Virus record (IMG/VR): IMGVR_UViG_3300027628_000010
Location: 16,390 to 80,389 of that record
Source of the DNA: a virus
Lineage: Duplodnaviria; Caudoviricetes
Direction: 5' to 3' (one strand)
DNA length: 64,000 nucleotides
Positions within the stretch are counted from its first letter, which is position 1, and every line of letters starts with the position of its first letter. Below the pieces are notes generated by a model. That model saw only the letters and a list, made by a program, of their open reading frames with translations. It was not told the DNA's origin and ran no database searches. This document shows, piece by piece, positions 38,053 through 47,902 of this stretch. Made by a program: the position numbers and the translations under genes.

Positions 38053-38664
38053 ATGGCAAACCAAGAGTGGGAGAACTTAATAACTCCCAAAACAGATTTA
38101 CTACGGTATATTAGAAAAGGAGTCCTCATCGTTCAGAAAAAACCTTTCTACATCGTAGAGCTCATCAAAGAACAGAATACAGCCTATGTTATAGTGTACA
38201 AGGTCCATCCGGGTACCGATGACAACCCTCAGAAGCTTGCTGTAGAGGAGAAAAAGAGAATCAATACCTTTAGTACTAATACTCTACTAGGTAACCTAGC
38301 AAACCGTTTAATACCCGGAAAGATGTCTCGTAAGTGGGTCCCTAAGCCACCAGTGTTCATAGCTCCAGTAGTGCTTAACCAAGTAGATACATTCACTGGT
38401 AAGAGAGAAGCAGGGTTCTTTGAGAGAGAAGAAGATCGAGTAGTCGTAGAGGCTGGAGAGAAGAAGTTAAAGAGAGGAGATAACACTGGAGTATTTATCG
38501 GTCTATCTTCTGTCACATGGGATGATAAAGTTACAATCCCTACAGAGTCTCTAGTAAAAGCACTCATTCAGCATAATCAAGGTAATGACTTCTTCGACTT
38601 AGAAGGGACCAATGAAGACAAATCAAATCCACTATCAACTTACTTTAATGGAGGGAAATTATAA
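38053..38664 (+). CDS. Conserved hypothetical protein (203 aa)
   Basis: RBS aaggag. Confidence 0.7.
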   Translation: MANQEWENLITPKTDLLRYIRKGVLIVQKKPFYIVELIKEQNTAYVIVYKVHPGTDDNPQKLAVEEKKRINTFSTNTLLGNLANRLIPGKMSRKWVPKPPVFIAPVVLNQVDTFTGKREAGFFEREEDRVVVEAGEKKLKRGDNTGVFIGLSSVTWDDKVTIPTESLVKALIQHNQGNDFFDLEGTNEDKSNPLSTYFNGGKL

Positions 38665-38665
38665 A

Positions 38666-38944
38666 ATGAAAAGAAAATTATTAGTTGGTACATTACTTAT
38701 AGGAATGATGGCAACTTCAGTAGGATGTCAACAAGCAGCTAAGCGATTCGGTGGGTCTGTTACAGTAGACTTACCGAAAGGAGAGAAACTAGTTAACATT
38801 ACATGGAAAAATGATAGCTTATGGTATCTAACTCGACCTATGACCAAGCAGGATAAAGAAGAAACGTACAAGTTTAAAGAAGATAGTAACTTCGGCGTTC
38901 TGGAAGGTACAGTAATCGTTAAAGAACATAAGGAGGGAAAATAA
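38666..38944 (+). CDS. Lipoprotein
   Basis: MKRKLLVGTLLIGMMATSVGC, a signal peptide with lipobox. Confidence 0.75.
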   Translation: MKRKLLVGTLLIGMMATSVGCQQAAKRFGGSVTVDLPKGEKLVNITWKNDSLWYLTRPMTKQDKEETYKFKEDSNFGVLEGTVIVKEHKEGK

Positions 38945-38946
38945 AA

Positions 38947-39234
38947 ATGGATATTATGTTAGGGAACGACCACAAATTAACTTCTGATACTCACAATGTT
39001 ATTTTAAACAAACGTACAATGGAGAAAGGTGATAATGGGGAGTTAATCCCTAGCGATACATTCCGACCTATCGCATTCTACCCAAACATTACACAAGCTT
39101 GTAATGGACTGCTAGACAAACAAATTAAAGGATGTGATGCCACTACTATCGAAGAGCTAAAATACTTTGTTCAAGAGACAGAGGAGATGATTACAGCAGC
39201 TATTAAGAAGTATGCAAAAGGAGTAACCAGATGA
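38947..39234 (+). CDS. Hypothetical protein (95 aa)
   Basis: RBS aggagg. Confidence 0.7.
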   Translation: MDIMLGNDHKLTSDTHNVILNKRTMEKGDNGELIPSDTFRPIAFYPNITQACNGLLDKQIKGCDATTIEELKYFVQETEEMITAAIKKYAKGVTR

Positions 39235-39455
39235 ACATAGAACCATATAACCCGGAGGACCTTAATTTCATCGAAGAAGTACATAATGTCGAAACATATA
39301 CAGGGGAAACTTCTAAACAGTTTCCCGGGCATACCTTTGTAAGAGTAGAGTTAACTATCAGTAGAGGCTCAACAGGAGCTACCCAGAAACTGTATCGTAT
39401 CTGGACTGCTGATAGATGGAACGTAATTAAAGAACGAGGATACTTTATCCAATAA
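39231..39455 (+). CDS. Hypothetical protein (74 aa)
   Basis: ATGA overlap. Confidence 0.65.
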   Translation: MNIEPYNPEDLNFIEEVHNVETYTGETSKQFPGHTFVRVELTISRGSTGATQKLYRIWTADRWNVIKERGYFIQ

Positions 39456-39473
39456 GGAGGAAAATATTAAAAT

Positions 39474-39941
39474 ATGAAAAAATTACAATCGTTCGTTCAT
39501 GGTGCAAAACAGATTATACCGGGTGTTATTCTAATCGGTTTCGGTATCGGATTCATTGTTGGAGCTTTAATGTTATCACATTGGGTAGGAGAAGTAGTAA
39601 AGGCTAAAACAAATGCAGGGTGGGGAGTACTAGCTGATTGGGGAACTTACATCTCTCTAGCCTTTGTGTATATCGTCTTCTTTGACCTATTAAAAGTTCG
39701 TTTAGAGAACGGAAAGTGGGATTTTAAATCAGCACTCAAAACAGGTGTAAGAGACTTCGGTAGATTCCTTAAACTATTTGTAAAAGTAGTAGTTGTAGTA
39801 GGAGCTATAATTGGTATCTGTTATTTAGGCTTTAAAATCTTTGTTGCAGGCGGTATTCTAGTTCTATTACTAGCAGTTATTATCGCTATCCTAATTGCTA
39901 TCCTAGTCTTTGTTATCCTTATCTTCGCTATGGTATGGTAA
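39474..39941 (+). CDS. Multi-pass membrane protein
   Basis: Four hydrophobic segments; RBS aaggagg. Confidence 0.7.
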   Translation: MKKLQSFVHGAKQIIPGVILIGFGIGFIVGALMLSHWVGEVVKAKTNAGWGVLADWGTYISLAFVYIVFFDLLKVRLENGKWDFKSALKTGVRDFGRFLKLFVKVVVVVGAIIGICYLGFKIFVAGGILVLLLAVIIAILIAILVFVILIFAMVW

Positions 39942-39942
39942 T

Positions 39943-40143
39943 ATGTGGGATTTATTTATAACTGCGGCAATCAGAACAGTAGTGATAATCGTAGTTGTAG
40001 CAGCAATCATAGGGCTAGCCATTGGGCTAGCTCAAGCTGTTATAGCTACTTATTTTTGGTTAGGGTGGTCAGGCATTATCATCCTTGCAGTAATTTTTGT
40101 ATTTATAATTGTGTTAGTAGACACATATATTGATCTTAAGTGA
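39943..40143 (+). CDS. Small membrane protein
   Basis: Two TM segments. Confidence 0.55.
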   Translation: MWDLFITAAIRTVVIIVVVAAIIGLAIGLAQAVIATYFWLGWSGIIILAVIFVFIIVLVDTYIDLK

Positions 40144-40155
40144 GGAGGGGTTATA

Positions 40156-40335
40156 GTGGAGTATATAGTTAATGCTTTAATGTTTGTATTGGCGGTAGGG
40201 TTGTTTACTGTTTGTGCTGGGATTATTGTTTTCTCCCTCATGTGGGTAGAAAAGAAACTTAACATGTTCTGGTCCATAGCGCTCATATTTGTTTATGTCT
40301 TCCTATTCGCTATATTAGCACAAATACTAGCGTAA
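40156..40335 (+). CDS. Small membrane protein (59 aa, not in ORF track)
   Basis: RBS gaggagg, GTG start, two TM segments. Confidence 0.6.
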   Translation: MEYIVNALMFVLAVGLFTVCAGIIVFSLMWVEKKLNMFWSIALIFVYVFLFAILAQILA

Positions 40336-40346
40336 AGGGTGGTTAG

Positions 40347-41063
40347 ATGAAGAAGTTCTATGAGGCAGACATAAAACAAGTTATTTTAAATAAGAAGCAT
40401 ATTTTTGTCAAGAATGCAGATAGTAGAAATACTGTATTGTTTGAAAAAGGGATTGTAATAGGCTCTACGATAGCCGACTGCTTGATATTCGATTCTGAGC
40501 AGGGTATAATAGGCGTAGAGATTAAGACCGAGTACGATACGACCCGGAGATTAAATAAGCAGCTAAAGAACTACAGTATCTTTTGTGACAAGGTTTACGT
40601 TATGTGCCATGACAACCATGTAGAGAAGACAGAGCATATCCTTTTTAAGAATAATCATCATCATGTGGGCATCATTGCATATAGTGAGTTTAGAGGGGAT
40701 GCTATACTCGGCGTGTACAAAGAGCCAATGCGCTCTCCCTTTAAAAACGTTAGGATGGCATACAATGTTCTTTGGAAGGAGGAAATATCTAACTTGTTAG
40801 GAGGATTTAAACGCCAGATGAAAACTCTGGAAGAACAGGGAATTAAAGTGGATACAGCTGATTCACGGTCAAACGGTTTACACGGGCTCTATACCCGATC
40901 TAACGCCTCTACAAAGTATTTGAAGAAGAGTCAAATGATAAACATGATAGTAGCAAGGCTTGGTGAGGAAGAGTCTAACCGATTATTGTGTGATATCTTC
41001 ATTAACAAACGAATGAATCCTGAGAAAAACCTACGTTTTTACCATTTTCGAGAAAAGAATTAG
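40347..41063 (+). CDS. PD-(D/E)xK nuclease-like protein (sce7726-like)
   Basis: IADCL...GVEIKTEYDT..RL..QL..Y...DKVYV pattern. Confidence 0.7.
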   Translation: MKKFYEADIKQVILNKKHIFVKNADSRNTVLFEKGIVIGSTIADCLIFDSEQGIIGVEIKTEYDTTRRLNKQLKNYSIFCDKVYVMCHDNHVEKTEHILFKNNHHHVGIIAYSEFRGDAILGVYKEPMRSPFKNVRMAYNVLWKEEISNLLGGFKRQMKTLEEQGIKVDTADSRSNGLHGLYTRSNASTKYLKKSQMINMIVARLGEEESNRLLCDIFINKRMNPEKNLRFYHFREKN

Positions 41064-41076
41064 CAAATAGAGGAAT

Positions 41077-41106
41077 TTGCATTCATAAGTTACACTGTGA
41101 TATAAT
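41077..41106 (+). promoter_or_regulatory. SigA-type promoter
   Basis: TTGCAT-18-TG.TATAAT. Confidence 0.7.
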
Positions 41107-41202
41107 ACTCATATAGAGAGCCGACAAAGTCCGTTCGAGCTCTCTAACCATTCAAATTAATACGGGAGTTAATTACAAACAAGAAAAAGGAGTTGTCTGA
41201 TC

Positions 41203-41763
41203 ATGAACAAAGAAACCAAAATGAGTTTAGTGAAATACGCAGGAGATTTTTGGGTAACATTGGCAGACTATACCCAAACTAGAGACACAGAGGGGTATAG
41301 TGATCATGCATCTGTTAAATCAGCAATTAGAACATTTGTTGTAAAACAAAGTCCAGATAAATACATTGCATTCCGTGGTGAAATGCAACTTAAGAATATT
41401 GTACAGGAAAATAAAAATAATACCATGTTTAATCCAGAGGATTTTCAAGGCACTCGTACAGCTTTAATACACTGGTCAATGTTAGATAAGTTAAACGAAC
41501 GCTTTGCTGTTGATAAGTCTATAGAAACAACCTTTAATACTTTTATGGAAGAAGCGGAAGACTTTATGGAAGGTAACACAACTAAGGAAAGTGAAACTGT
41601 AGATACTGATTCTTCTCTGTTAAGTGGTAGGTCTACAGTATTACGTCAACTACGATCTGAGTTAAGCCGCTTAGATAAACAAGTCGAAGTTACTCTAAAT
41701 AACCGTGAGAAATTACTACAAGCAATTAACGCTATAGAGAGTCTGGAAATAGAGGAAGCATAA
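41203..41763 (+). CDS. Conserved hypothetical protein (186 aa)
   Basis: RBS aaggag; C-terminal coiled coil. Confidence 0.7.
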   Translation: MNKETKMSLVKYAGDFWVTLADYTQTRDTEGYSDHASVKSAIRTFVVKQSPDKYIAFRGEMQLKNIVQENKNNTMFNPEDFQGTRTALIHWSMLDKLNERFAVDKSIETTFNTFMEEAEDFMEGNTTKESETVDTDSSLLSGRSTVLRQLRSELSRLDKQVEVTLNNREKLLQAINAIESLEIEEA

Positions 41764-41833
41764 AAAATTATGATATAATAAATATATAGTGAATCGGGGG
41801 TGACATTTTTTAAGAAAATGTTCCCTTTTTTTA

Positions 41834-41862
41834 TTGACTTTATTCGCTATATGATATACACT
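41834..41862 (+). promoter_or_regulatory. SigA-type promoter
   Basis: TTGACT-17-TACACT. Confidence 0.6.
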
Positions 41863-41884
41863 ACATACATAGGTGGTTACAGAA

Positions 41885-42415
41885 ATGGGCAAACATAACG
41901 ATTACAACAATGTACAAAGAAGTTTAGCAAGGGGCGCAGGGGCTAGAGGTACAACCGGGATTAACAATAACGGTAAAGATGCTTATAACCAATCGCTGAA
42001 AAGTAATAAGGGTCATTATCGCATTCAGTTCACACGAACGTTTGAGAATATGACCGAAAAGGATATAGAGCTACGTAAAACATATGCTCTAGACTTACTG
42101 TCTGAAGATATAGCGGTCCCTTCCGATATGATCACTCTGAAAGCAAAGAAGCAGACCGGGGAACAGACTCTAACCTGTAGAGATGAAGTATTCTACGTTA
42201 AGGTAGGAGATGTTAACTACGGTAAGCTCTCTATACGCACTCAGAGGCTTTGGAAGAGCACAACCCTTATCTTTATATTCCAGAAGAAGAAAAACGCTAT
42301 AAAACCACCACAGAAGGCTTTCAGCCGCAAGGTAGGATTCAAGAAACAAACAACAAGTCAAAAAGCAGAAGCAAAACGAAAATCGTATAGAACTCGAAAG
42401 GATGGGAAATATTGA
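41885..42415 (+). CDS. Basic conserved hypothetical protein
   Basis: K/R-rich C-terminus. Confidence 0.65.
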   Translation: MGKHNDYNNVQRSLARGAGARGTTGINNNGKDAYNQSLKSNKGHYRIQFTRTFENMTEKDIELRKTYALDLLSEDIAVPSDMITLKAKKQTGEQTLTCRDEVFYVKVGDVNYGKLSIRTQRLWKSTTLIFIFQKKKNAIKPPQKAFSRKVGFKKQTTSQKAEAKRKSYRTRKDGKY

Positions 42416-42636
42416 GGATATTTGATGTTCATTACAATGATGCAGATAAAGCTCAACGGGTTCACCAGCTCAGTCTAATTGTAGAGTATATTAACTCCTA
42501 CACTAAAAACGATGAGCATGGGGAGCCACCAGACAACGATACACTGTTGGAAGCACTACAGCTCCCAGACAACTATGACTCAATCATCGACAAAGCTTAT
42601 GAACTTTACTACTCAAGGAGGAAAACAAACAAATGA
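42412..42636 (+). CDS. Hypothetical protein (74 aa)
   Basis: TTGA overlap. Confidence 0.55.
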   Translation: MRIFDVHYNDADKAQRVHQLSLIVEYINSYTKNDEHGEPPDNDTLLEALQLPDNYDSIIDKAYELYYSRRKTNK

Positions 42637-43490
42637 AAATCTCAGCAGTGAAAGAATATGAAGGCAGCTTAAAGAAGTTAAGCAATTTATTGGCAGACAG
42701 CAACAAGAAAGTACAAGGGGTGTTTTATACAAACACATTCTTCTCTAAGCGTTACCTTTCTCGAGCAAATAGTGTTGTAGAAGATATCGACTTAGCAGAG
42801 AACTTTGTTAAGCTTACAGTAGCTACCCGTTTAGAGCCTGTAGGATTACTAGAAGTAGAGAATACGTTAGATATGTTAGTAGAGTTTGAGGCAGGGGACA
42901 TTCCGGGATTCGTTCAAGCAGGTTTACTTGATGGGTCCGATATTGAGCCGCAGCCTCTAACACCTGAAATTGTAGCAACAACAAAAGGTCTATACACTGT
43001 AGACATTTTACTTAACATGAAGGAGCCGAAAGTTACATACCAAGAATTTAAGATCGCTGGCGTTCCTTTTACACTACTAAACTTACACCAAGAGCTTGAT
43101 GAGGACTTCGACCAGACTGTAACATTACTATTCGGTCCGGCAGAAAAGCTTTACTTCTTCTCTAACTTCTATGACAAGGAATTAAACAACCGTGATACGA
43201 AGATCGTTCTCGATTTAATTATGGACGAGAATATCACAGGTAAAGTAATTAAGGCAGTTAAGCTAGAGACTGATTCAGCTCACACAATGCTACACCCTTA
43301 TGAAGAACTTATCAGCTCTTATATGACAATCGATGGCGCTTATGTATTCGGTCATGGCTCAGGCTATGTACGTATCAGTCGAGAAGAGATTAGCAAATAC
43401 AAGATGACTCTAGAGCCTCAAGGAACTAGCGGCAGATACATGTTACGTTTAAGCAATGGTAAAAGTGTTATTCGTCTCTATATGGAATAG
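42633..43490 (+). CDS. Conserved hypothetical protein (285 aa)
   Basis: RBS aggagg. Confidence 0.75.
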   Translation: MKISAVKEYEGSLKKLSNLLADSNKKVQGVFYTNTFFSKRYLSRANSVVEDIDLAENFVKLTVATRLEPVGLLEVENTLDMLVEFEAGDIPGFVQAGLLDGSDIEPQPLTPEIVATTKGLYTVDILLNMKEPKVTYQEFKIAGVPFTLLNLHQELDEDFDQTVTLLFGPAEKLYFFSNFYDKELNNRDTKIVLDLIMDENITGKVIKAVKLETDSAHTMLHPYEELISSYMTIDGAYVFGHGSGYVRISREEISKYKMTLEPQGTSGRYMLRLSNGKSVIRLYME

Positions 43491-43502
43491 GAGGAAAATT
43501 AA

Positions 43503-43781
43503 ATGGATAAACCTTTGTTACGAGGGATAAGCCACTATAAAGTAATGGATATCCCTGATAGTATTTCTAAGTCTTTCGAGTCTTATAAGTTTAACGGTAC
43601 CAATCCTGAACCGACTAGTTGGGTTCAGGAGGAAATAAAAGACCTTACAGCTTATTTAGAGAAAGTACTATTTTACGACTATGTAGGTAAACCTAATACT
43701 TCTGAGACTAGAGCAGAAATGTGTAAAACGATCGATGAGCAGCTGTATGCTAAGCTAAAGGGAGGAAAATTAAATGCCTAA
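43503..43781 (+). CDS. Hypothetical protein (92 aa)
   Basis: RBS aggagg. Confidence 0.65.
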   Translation: MDKPLLRGISHYKVMDIPDSISKSFESYKFNGTNPEPTSWVQEEIKDLTAYLEKVLFYDYVGKPNTSETRAEMCKTIDEQLYAKLKGGKLNA

Positions 43782-44016
43782 ATTTTTTCAATACTCCCCA
43801 GTTCGATATTTTATAGGGGCGCAACATGTTCGTAAAAGTCGAGCGCTAGCTTCAAGTATATGGAATATTCCAATCCCAACAAATGTGTACGCTAAACCGC
43901 CCTACGATGCTATAGAGCATTTTAAAGATTGGGTTAAGCTACCTAAAGCGCCTATAAGCTGCCGTATGTTTATCAATGGTATAGAATGGTTTCCAAAAAA
44001 GGGAGGAAAACAATAA
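43774..44016 (+). CDS. Hypothetical protein (80 aa)
   Basis: RBS ggagg. Confidence 0.6.
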   Translation: MPKFFQYSPVRYFIGAQHVRKSRALASSIWNIPIPTNVYAKPPYDAIEHFKDWVKLPKAPISCRMFINGIEWFPKKGGKQ

Positions 44017-44978
44017 TGTTAGCACCTGAAAAGATGACGTTCTATTGTAGACCAAAAAATGATCAAGGAATCTACCACGCTTTCCCGGTAGACTCTAAAG
44101 GTTCACATGAAGTGGCAAAGAGCTGGGCTACGAACGGAGGTAAAAGCTGGGGCGGTTCTGGCTGGGTCTATAAAACAAAAGACGGGTCCGATGTTATCTC
44201 CTTTGAATTTGATAATAAAGGTTTCGATCATGTAACCATTACAGAGCTAGACTATCGAGGGAACGGCGGTAGAGCTTATCAAGCTATTCTTGAACATGAA
44301 GGTAATAAGTTTAGAATAGACCTTCGTGAGAAGACATTAATGGACGTTATTCGTCTTAAAGGTATAGAGGCAGGAGGTAAGCTTAACGGGACTTTCTGCT
44401 TCGTTAAAGAGGCTGCACAGACTAATATCATACTAGAAGGTACAAAAGAGCATACAGCAGCTGTAGCAGAGCGTGAGAAGCGTGAGACGTTTACTAAGAA
44501 GATTAGTAACAAAGATTTAAAACCGGGCTACGCTTATGAGACTGTAACAGGTAAATCATCTATTTTCTTAGGCTTTGTATACACCCAAGCTTTCGATAGA
44601 GACGAGTATGATCTATCTAATCCTCGTAAGGCTATGTTATTTGCTAATTGTTCAGAGGAAATTAAATCGTTCCTAACTACAGGTGAAGTACCTCAATACG
44701 GGGTTTATAGTTGGACGTTTAGTGTAACGAAGTCTCATTCATTTAAAATTGAGAAAGATAAAGTCCTAGATATACCTTTGTCAGATGCTTTAGGGCATAT
44801 AAATAATTACTTTCAGCAAGAGTACGCTAGAATAATGGATATGCAGAGATACAGTTATGATATTAACGACTTCTTCAAGGTGTATGAACTTGCTAATATT
44901 AAAGAAGATAAAACAGATGTATATTTTAACAGACAAGAAATAAAAGACATGAGCTATAAAGCAAGCCGTAGATACTAG
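44016..44978 (+). CDS. Hypothetical protein (320 aa)
   Basis: RBS ggagg before the ATG at 44016. Confidence 0.75.
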   Translation: MLAPEKMTFYCRPKNDQGIYHAFPVDSKGSHEVAKSWATNGGKSWGGSGWVYKTKDGSDVISFEFDNKGFDHVTITELDYRGNGGRAYQAILEHEGNKFRIDLREKTLMDVIRLKGIEAGGKLNGTFCFVKEAAQTNIILEGTKEHTAAVAEREKRETFTKKISNKDLKPGYAYETVTGKSSIFLGFVYTQAFDRDEYDLSNPRKAMLFANCSEEIKSFLTTGEVPQYGVYSWTFSVTKSHSFKIEKDKVLDIPLSDALGHINNYFQQEYARIMDMQRYSYDINDFFKVYELANIKEDKTDVYFNRQEIKDMSYKASRRY

Positions 44979-44983
44979 TAACT

Positions 44984-45015
44984 AAGGTGAGGAAAATTTC
45001 CTCACTTTTTTTTTT
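44984..45015 (+). terminator. Rho-independent terminator
   Basis: gtgaggaaa-a-tttcctcac followed by a T-run. Confidence 0.8.
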
Positions 45016-45024
45016 ATTTATTTG

Positions 45025-45054
45025 TTGACAGTATGATACAGGCTATGTTAGACT
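45025..45054 (+). promoter_or_regulatory. SigA-type promoter
   Basis: TTGACA-18-TG.TAGACT. Confidence 0.7.
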
Positions 45055-45098
45055 CTAAATATAGCAAGAGATTAAAAGAATTTGAGGAGGAACACAAA

Positions 45099-45812
45099 AT
45101 GACAGAGAACAAGAAAATCGACATTTTAAACGACTTTACAGAAGAAGAGGTAGCAGTATTTTCACCAACACCTGCAATGGACAATGAGGATATTTCAGAA
45201 GCAAACAGAGTAGCAGCAATGTATAAAGCTGGCTTATCTATTAAAGACATCCTTACAGCAAACAATATCTCTACGGGTCGTATGTATGAAATCCTTAACC
45301 GTAAGCAAGTGCCGCTACGTAAAGGGCGTAAGGTAAATACAGAGTCTGCTAGACGCATTCTTATGATGACTGCTAAACAAAAGCAAGATGTTATCATCGA
45401 CTACCGAGATGGCGTAAAGGTTAAAGACATTTTCAAAAAATATGACATTAACAAACACGGACTATACTCTATCCTAGATGAACATAACGTACCACGTAAG
45501 GACAACCCAGAACTACATACAGGGCATCACCACAATAACAGCAACCGTTTGACAAAAGCAGAAAAAGAAGACATGCTTAAAGAGATTGAAGAGGATGATA
45601 TCTTCGCTCCGCTAGATACACTCGTACGAGCTAAAGAAAATAAGCTTGACGAAGAAATCTATGCAACTATGACAGAGGGTAAGGCTGTAGAATCTGTTAC
45701 GTTCCGTAAAGAAGGCGATATCCTTTTCATCGATGTAGAGCTATTCGAAAATCATCCATTAGATAAAGTCTATGTAAATGTTAGTCTAGCTAACCCAGAG
45801 GAGGAAAAATAA
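45099..45812 (+). CDS. Tandem helix-turn-helix DNA-binding protein
   Basis: Two repeats: Y.AG.SIKDI....IS...MY.IL....VP.R and Y..G..VKDI...Y.I....LY.IL....VP.R. Confidence 0.75.
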   Translation: MTENKKIDILNDFTEEEVAVFSPTPAMDNEDISEANRVAAMYKAGLSIKDILTANNISTGRMYEILNRKQVPLRKGRKVNTESARRILMMTAKQKQDVIIDYRDGVKVKDIFKKYDINKHGLYSILDEHNVPRKDNPELHTGHHHNNSNRLTKAEKEDMLKEIEEDDIFAPLDTLVRAKENKLDEEIYATMTEGKAVESVTFRKEGDILFIDVELFENHPLDKVYVNVSLANPEEEK

Positions 45813-45813
45813 T

Positions 45814-46410
45814 ATGAGTACTTTTACACAAAGCATGCGGTATGGTAAAGAAATGTCGGCTACTGAATTTATTCTAGGGTGGGCTAAGCTCCGAGGCGGA
45901 TTAGCGCATATGAGAGAGGAAAGCTTAGATGCTCCTATCCGTATGTGTGCTGTATCTCCTTATAGAGAGGCTAGCATAAAACGTGCAGAACGAGAGTTAC
46001 AGCGTTATAAGAATATGACTCTAGAAGAAGCAGCAGAGCTTGTAGAGGACGATTATAACCGCTCTATGAAACACCAAGAGAGCATGAATGAGCAACGAGA
46101 CGCACAAAAGAAGATGTATGAAGAATTACTGGCAGAAGTTGAGAAGTGGGAGCCTCCTACTGAGAGACATTTAACTATTAAAGAAGACGCTATTAGCGAT
46201 TTAAAATCCGCTATCAAAGATTGTGAATACTCTACTATCGAATACAAGAAAGAGGACCCACAAGAGTATATCAACATTTGGGTTAACTATTATACAAACG
46301 ATCTTGAGAAACAAAAAGAGCGTCTAGAAGACGAGAAGAGAGCTGTAGCAGAGCGTAATCAGTGGATTACAGACCTACTTTCTTCGTTGGAGAAAACATA
46401 TGAAGATTGA
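45814..46410 (+). CDS. Helical hypothetical protein (198 aa)
   Basis: RBS gaggagg. Confidence 0.7.
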   Translation: MSTFTQSMRYGKEMSATEFILGWAKLRGGLAHMREESLDAPIRMCAVSPYREASIKRAERELQRYKNMTLEEAAELVEDDYNRSMKHQESMNEQRDAQKKMYEELLAEVEKWEPPTERHLTIKEDAISDLKSAIKDCEYSTIEYKKEDPQEYINIWVNYYTNDLEKQKERLEDEKRAVAERNQWITDLLSSLEKTYED

Positions 46411-46744
46411 CGTAACTAAGTTAGCTATTGTATTAGACTATATGCAACGTGGGGGAGAAGTCTTCTACGAAGGGCGCAGGCTTGTATGGCTTGATGAACA
46501 TACGGTAAGAGAAGATGAGTCACACCGATGGGTCGTAGACGGTTTAGCTATTAAGACTAAGAAGCTTAGTGCTGCCGACTGGTTAAAGTATGGTGGAGAT
46601 GACCCTAACGTTGGGGAAACCTACTATATGGGTCATGACATGTCTGTAACTCAGTTTGGGGAGTTTATTAACAAGATGTCCCCTGTAGAGTTTCAGCGCA
46701 TTGCAAGAGAGCTGGTAAAATTAAGAAACAAAGCAACCGTATAG
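46400..46744 (+). CDS. Hypothetical protein (114 aa)
   Basis: RBS ggag. Confidence 0.65.
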   Translation: MKIDVTKLAIVLDYMQRGGEVFYEGRRLVWLDEHTVREDESHRWVVDGLAIKTKKLSAADWLKYGGDDPNVGETYYMGHDMSVTQFGEFINKMSPVEFQRIARELVKLRNKATV

Positions 46745-46816
46745 ATAAAATGTTACAGGGTAAGTTATAGCCATAAACAAATTTAATTTACTCTGTAACT
46801 TTTTTAATAAAAACTG

Positions 46817-46845
46817 TTGACTTAAAGTTAACCGCATGCTATACT
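46817..46845 (+). promoter_or_regulatory. SigA-type promoter
   Basis: TTGACT-17-TG.TATACT. Confidence 0.85.
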
Positions 46846-46878
46846 TGGTTCATAAGATAACAAAAGGAGGAACACAAG

Positions 46879-47631
46879 ATGGCAAAAGGAAAACGAGTTG
46901 GCAGCTTAGCAGAAGTAATCGGTGAGTCATTAGGGTTAAACAATTACAAATCTGAGGAGGAAAACAAAATGAATAAACAAGTTAAATTAACAGCAAACAA
47001 TGAAACAGCGGTAGTTACAGAGGTATCAGGAGTAGTTCAAGTAGATCGTGGAGGTCAAGTAACACCATTTAAACCAGAATTTACGTTCGAAGGTGTAGTA
47101 GAAAAATTCAAGGAATATGGATGGCAAGTAGTGGAGCCAGAGCCAGCTCCAGAACCAGAGCCGGAGATTAAAGTAGTAGCAGCTCACTCAGGCGGAGTGG
47201 AAATGGAAGTAGCGAACATGGCATTTTCACAAAACATTACAATTGCAGCACAGAAGGCAACAGACAAATACCTTGAGTTACAAAAGCAAATTGCTGAGCT
47301 GAAGAAGGAGCAAGACGAGTATAAAGCAGATATTCGTCAGTACATGGATGACAATGGTGTTAAGGCGATCAAAGGCACATACGGTCAGGAAGTATACTTA
47401 CAAGATGCTAAAAAGTCTAACAGCACTTCTCGTTACACTGACTATGAAATGGAAGATGTAATTCCATTATTAGATGAAGAATTAGTTCGTCAAGTAACAG
47501 AAACTCGTATCAATGCAGAGAAGCTTGACGCATTCCTTAAAGTAAGCAAGTTGCCGAAAGAGCGTAAAGATGCAATTAAAAAGACAAAGATTGCAGTAAT
47601 GGGCAACCCACGCTTTGCAGTTAAAAAATAA
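46879..47631 (+). CDS. Hypothetical protein with coiled coil (possible Gam-like C-terminal half)
   Basis: Two in-frame starts (46879, 46969), each with ggagg; EPEPAPEPEPE linker. Confidence 0.7.
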   Translation: MAKGKRVGSLAEVIGESLGLNNYKSEEENKMNKQVKLTANNETAVVTEVSGVVQVDRGGQVTPFKPEFTFEGVVEKFKEYGWQVVEPEPAPEPEPEIKVVAAHSGGVEMEVANMAFSQNITIAAQKATDKYLELQKQIAELKKEQDEYKADIRQYMDDNGVKAIKGTYGQEVYLQDAKKSNSTSRYTDYEMEDVIPLLDEELVRQVTETRINAEKLDAFLKVSKLPKERKDAIKKTKIAVMGNPRFAVKK

Positions 47632-47659
47632 TTAAGGTAACTAAAGGGAGGAAAAGAAA

Positions 47660-47902
47660 ATGAAATTAGCAGATATTCTTGGTAATGGTGCAGTGGGAAG
47701 ATATATGTTAGTGGAGCCGGCGTGTGACCCGGCGGCTCCTGCTTTTGCTAAATGGACTGGAGTTATTATAGAAAAAAGAGAGAATGGCGCAATCAAAGTA
47801 CGAAACCCTAGAGGAACTAGATATGATAGTGGAGATTTATTAAACCTTAGTGGTTTAGCTGTTAGATCAGAGTGGACATATCTTAGAGAGGGTGAGATGT
47901 AA
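47660..47902 (+). CDS. Hypothetical protein (80 aa)
   Basis: RBS ggagg. Confidence 0.65.
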   Translation: MKLADILGNGAVGRYMLVEPACDPAAPAFAKWTGVIIEKRENGAIKVRNPRGTRYDSGDLLNLSGLAVRSEWTYLREGEM

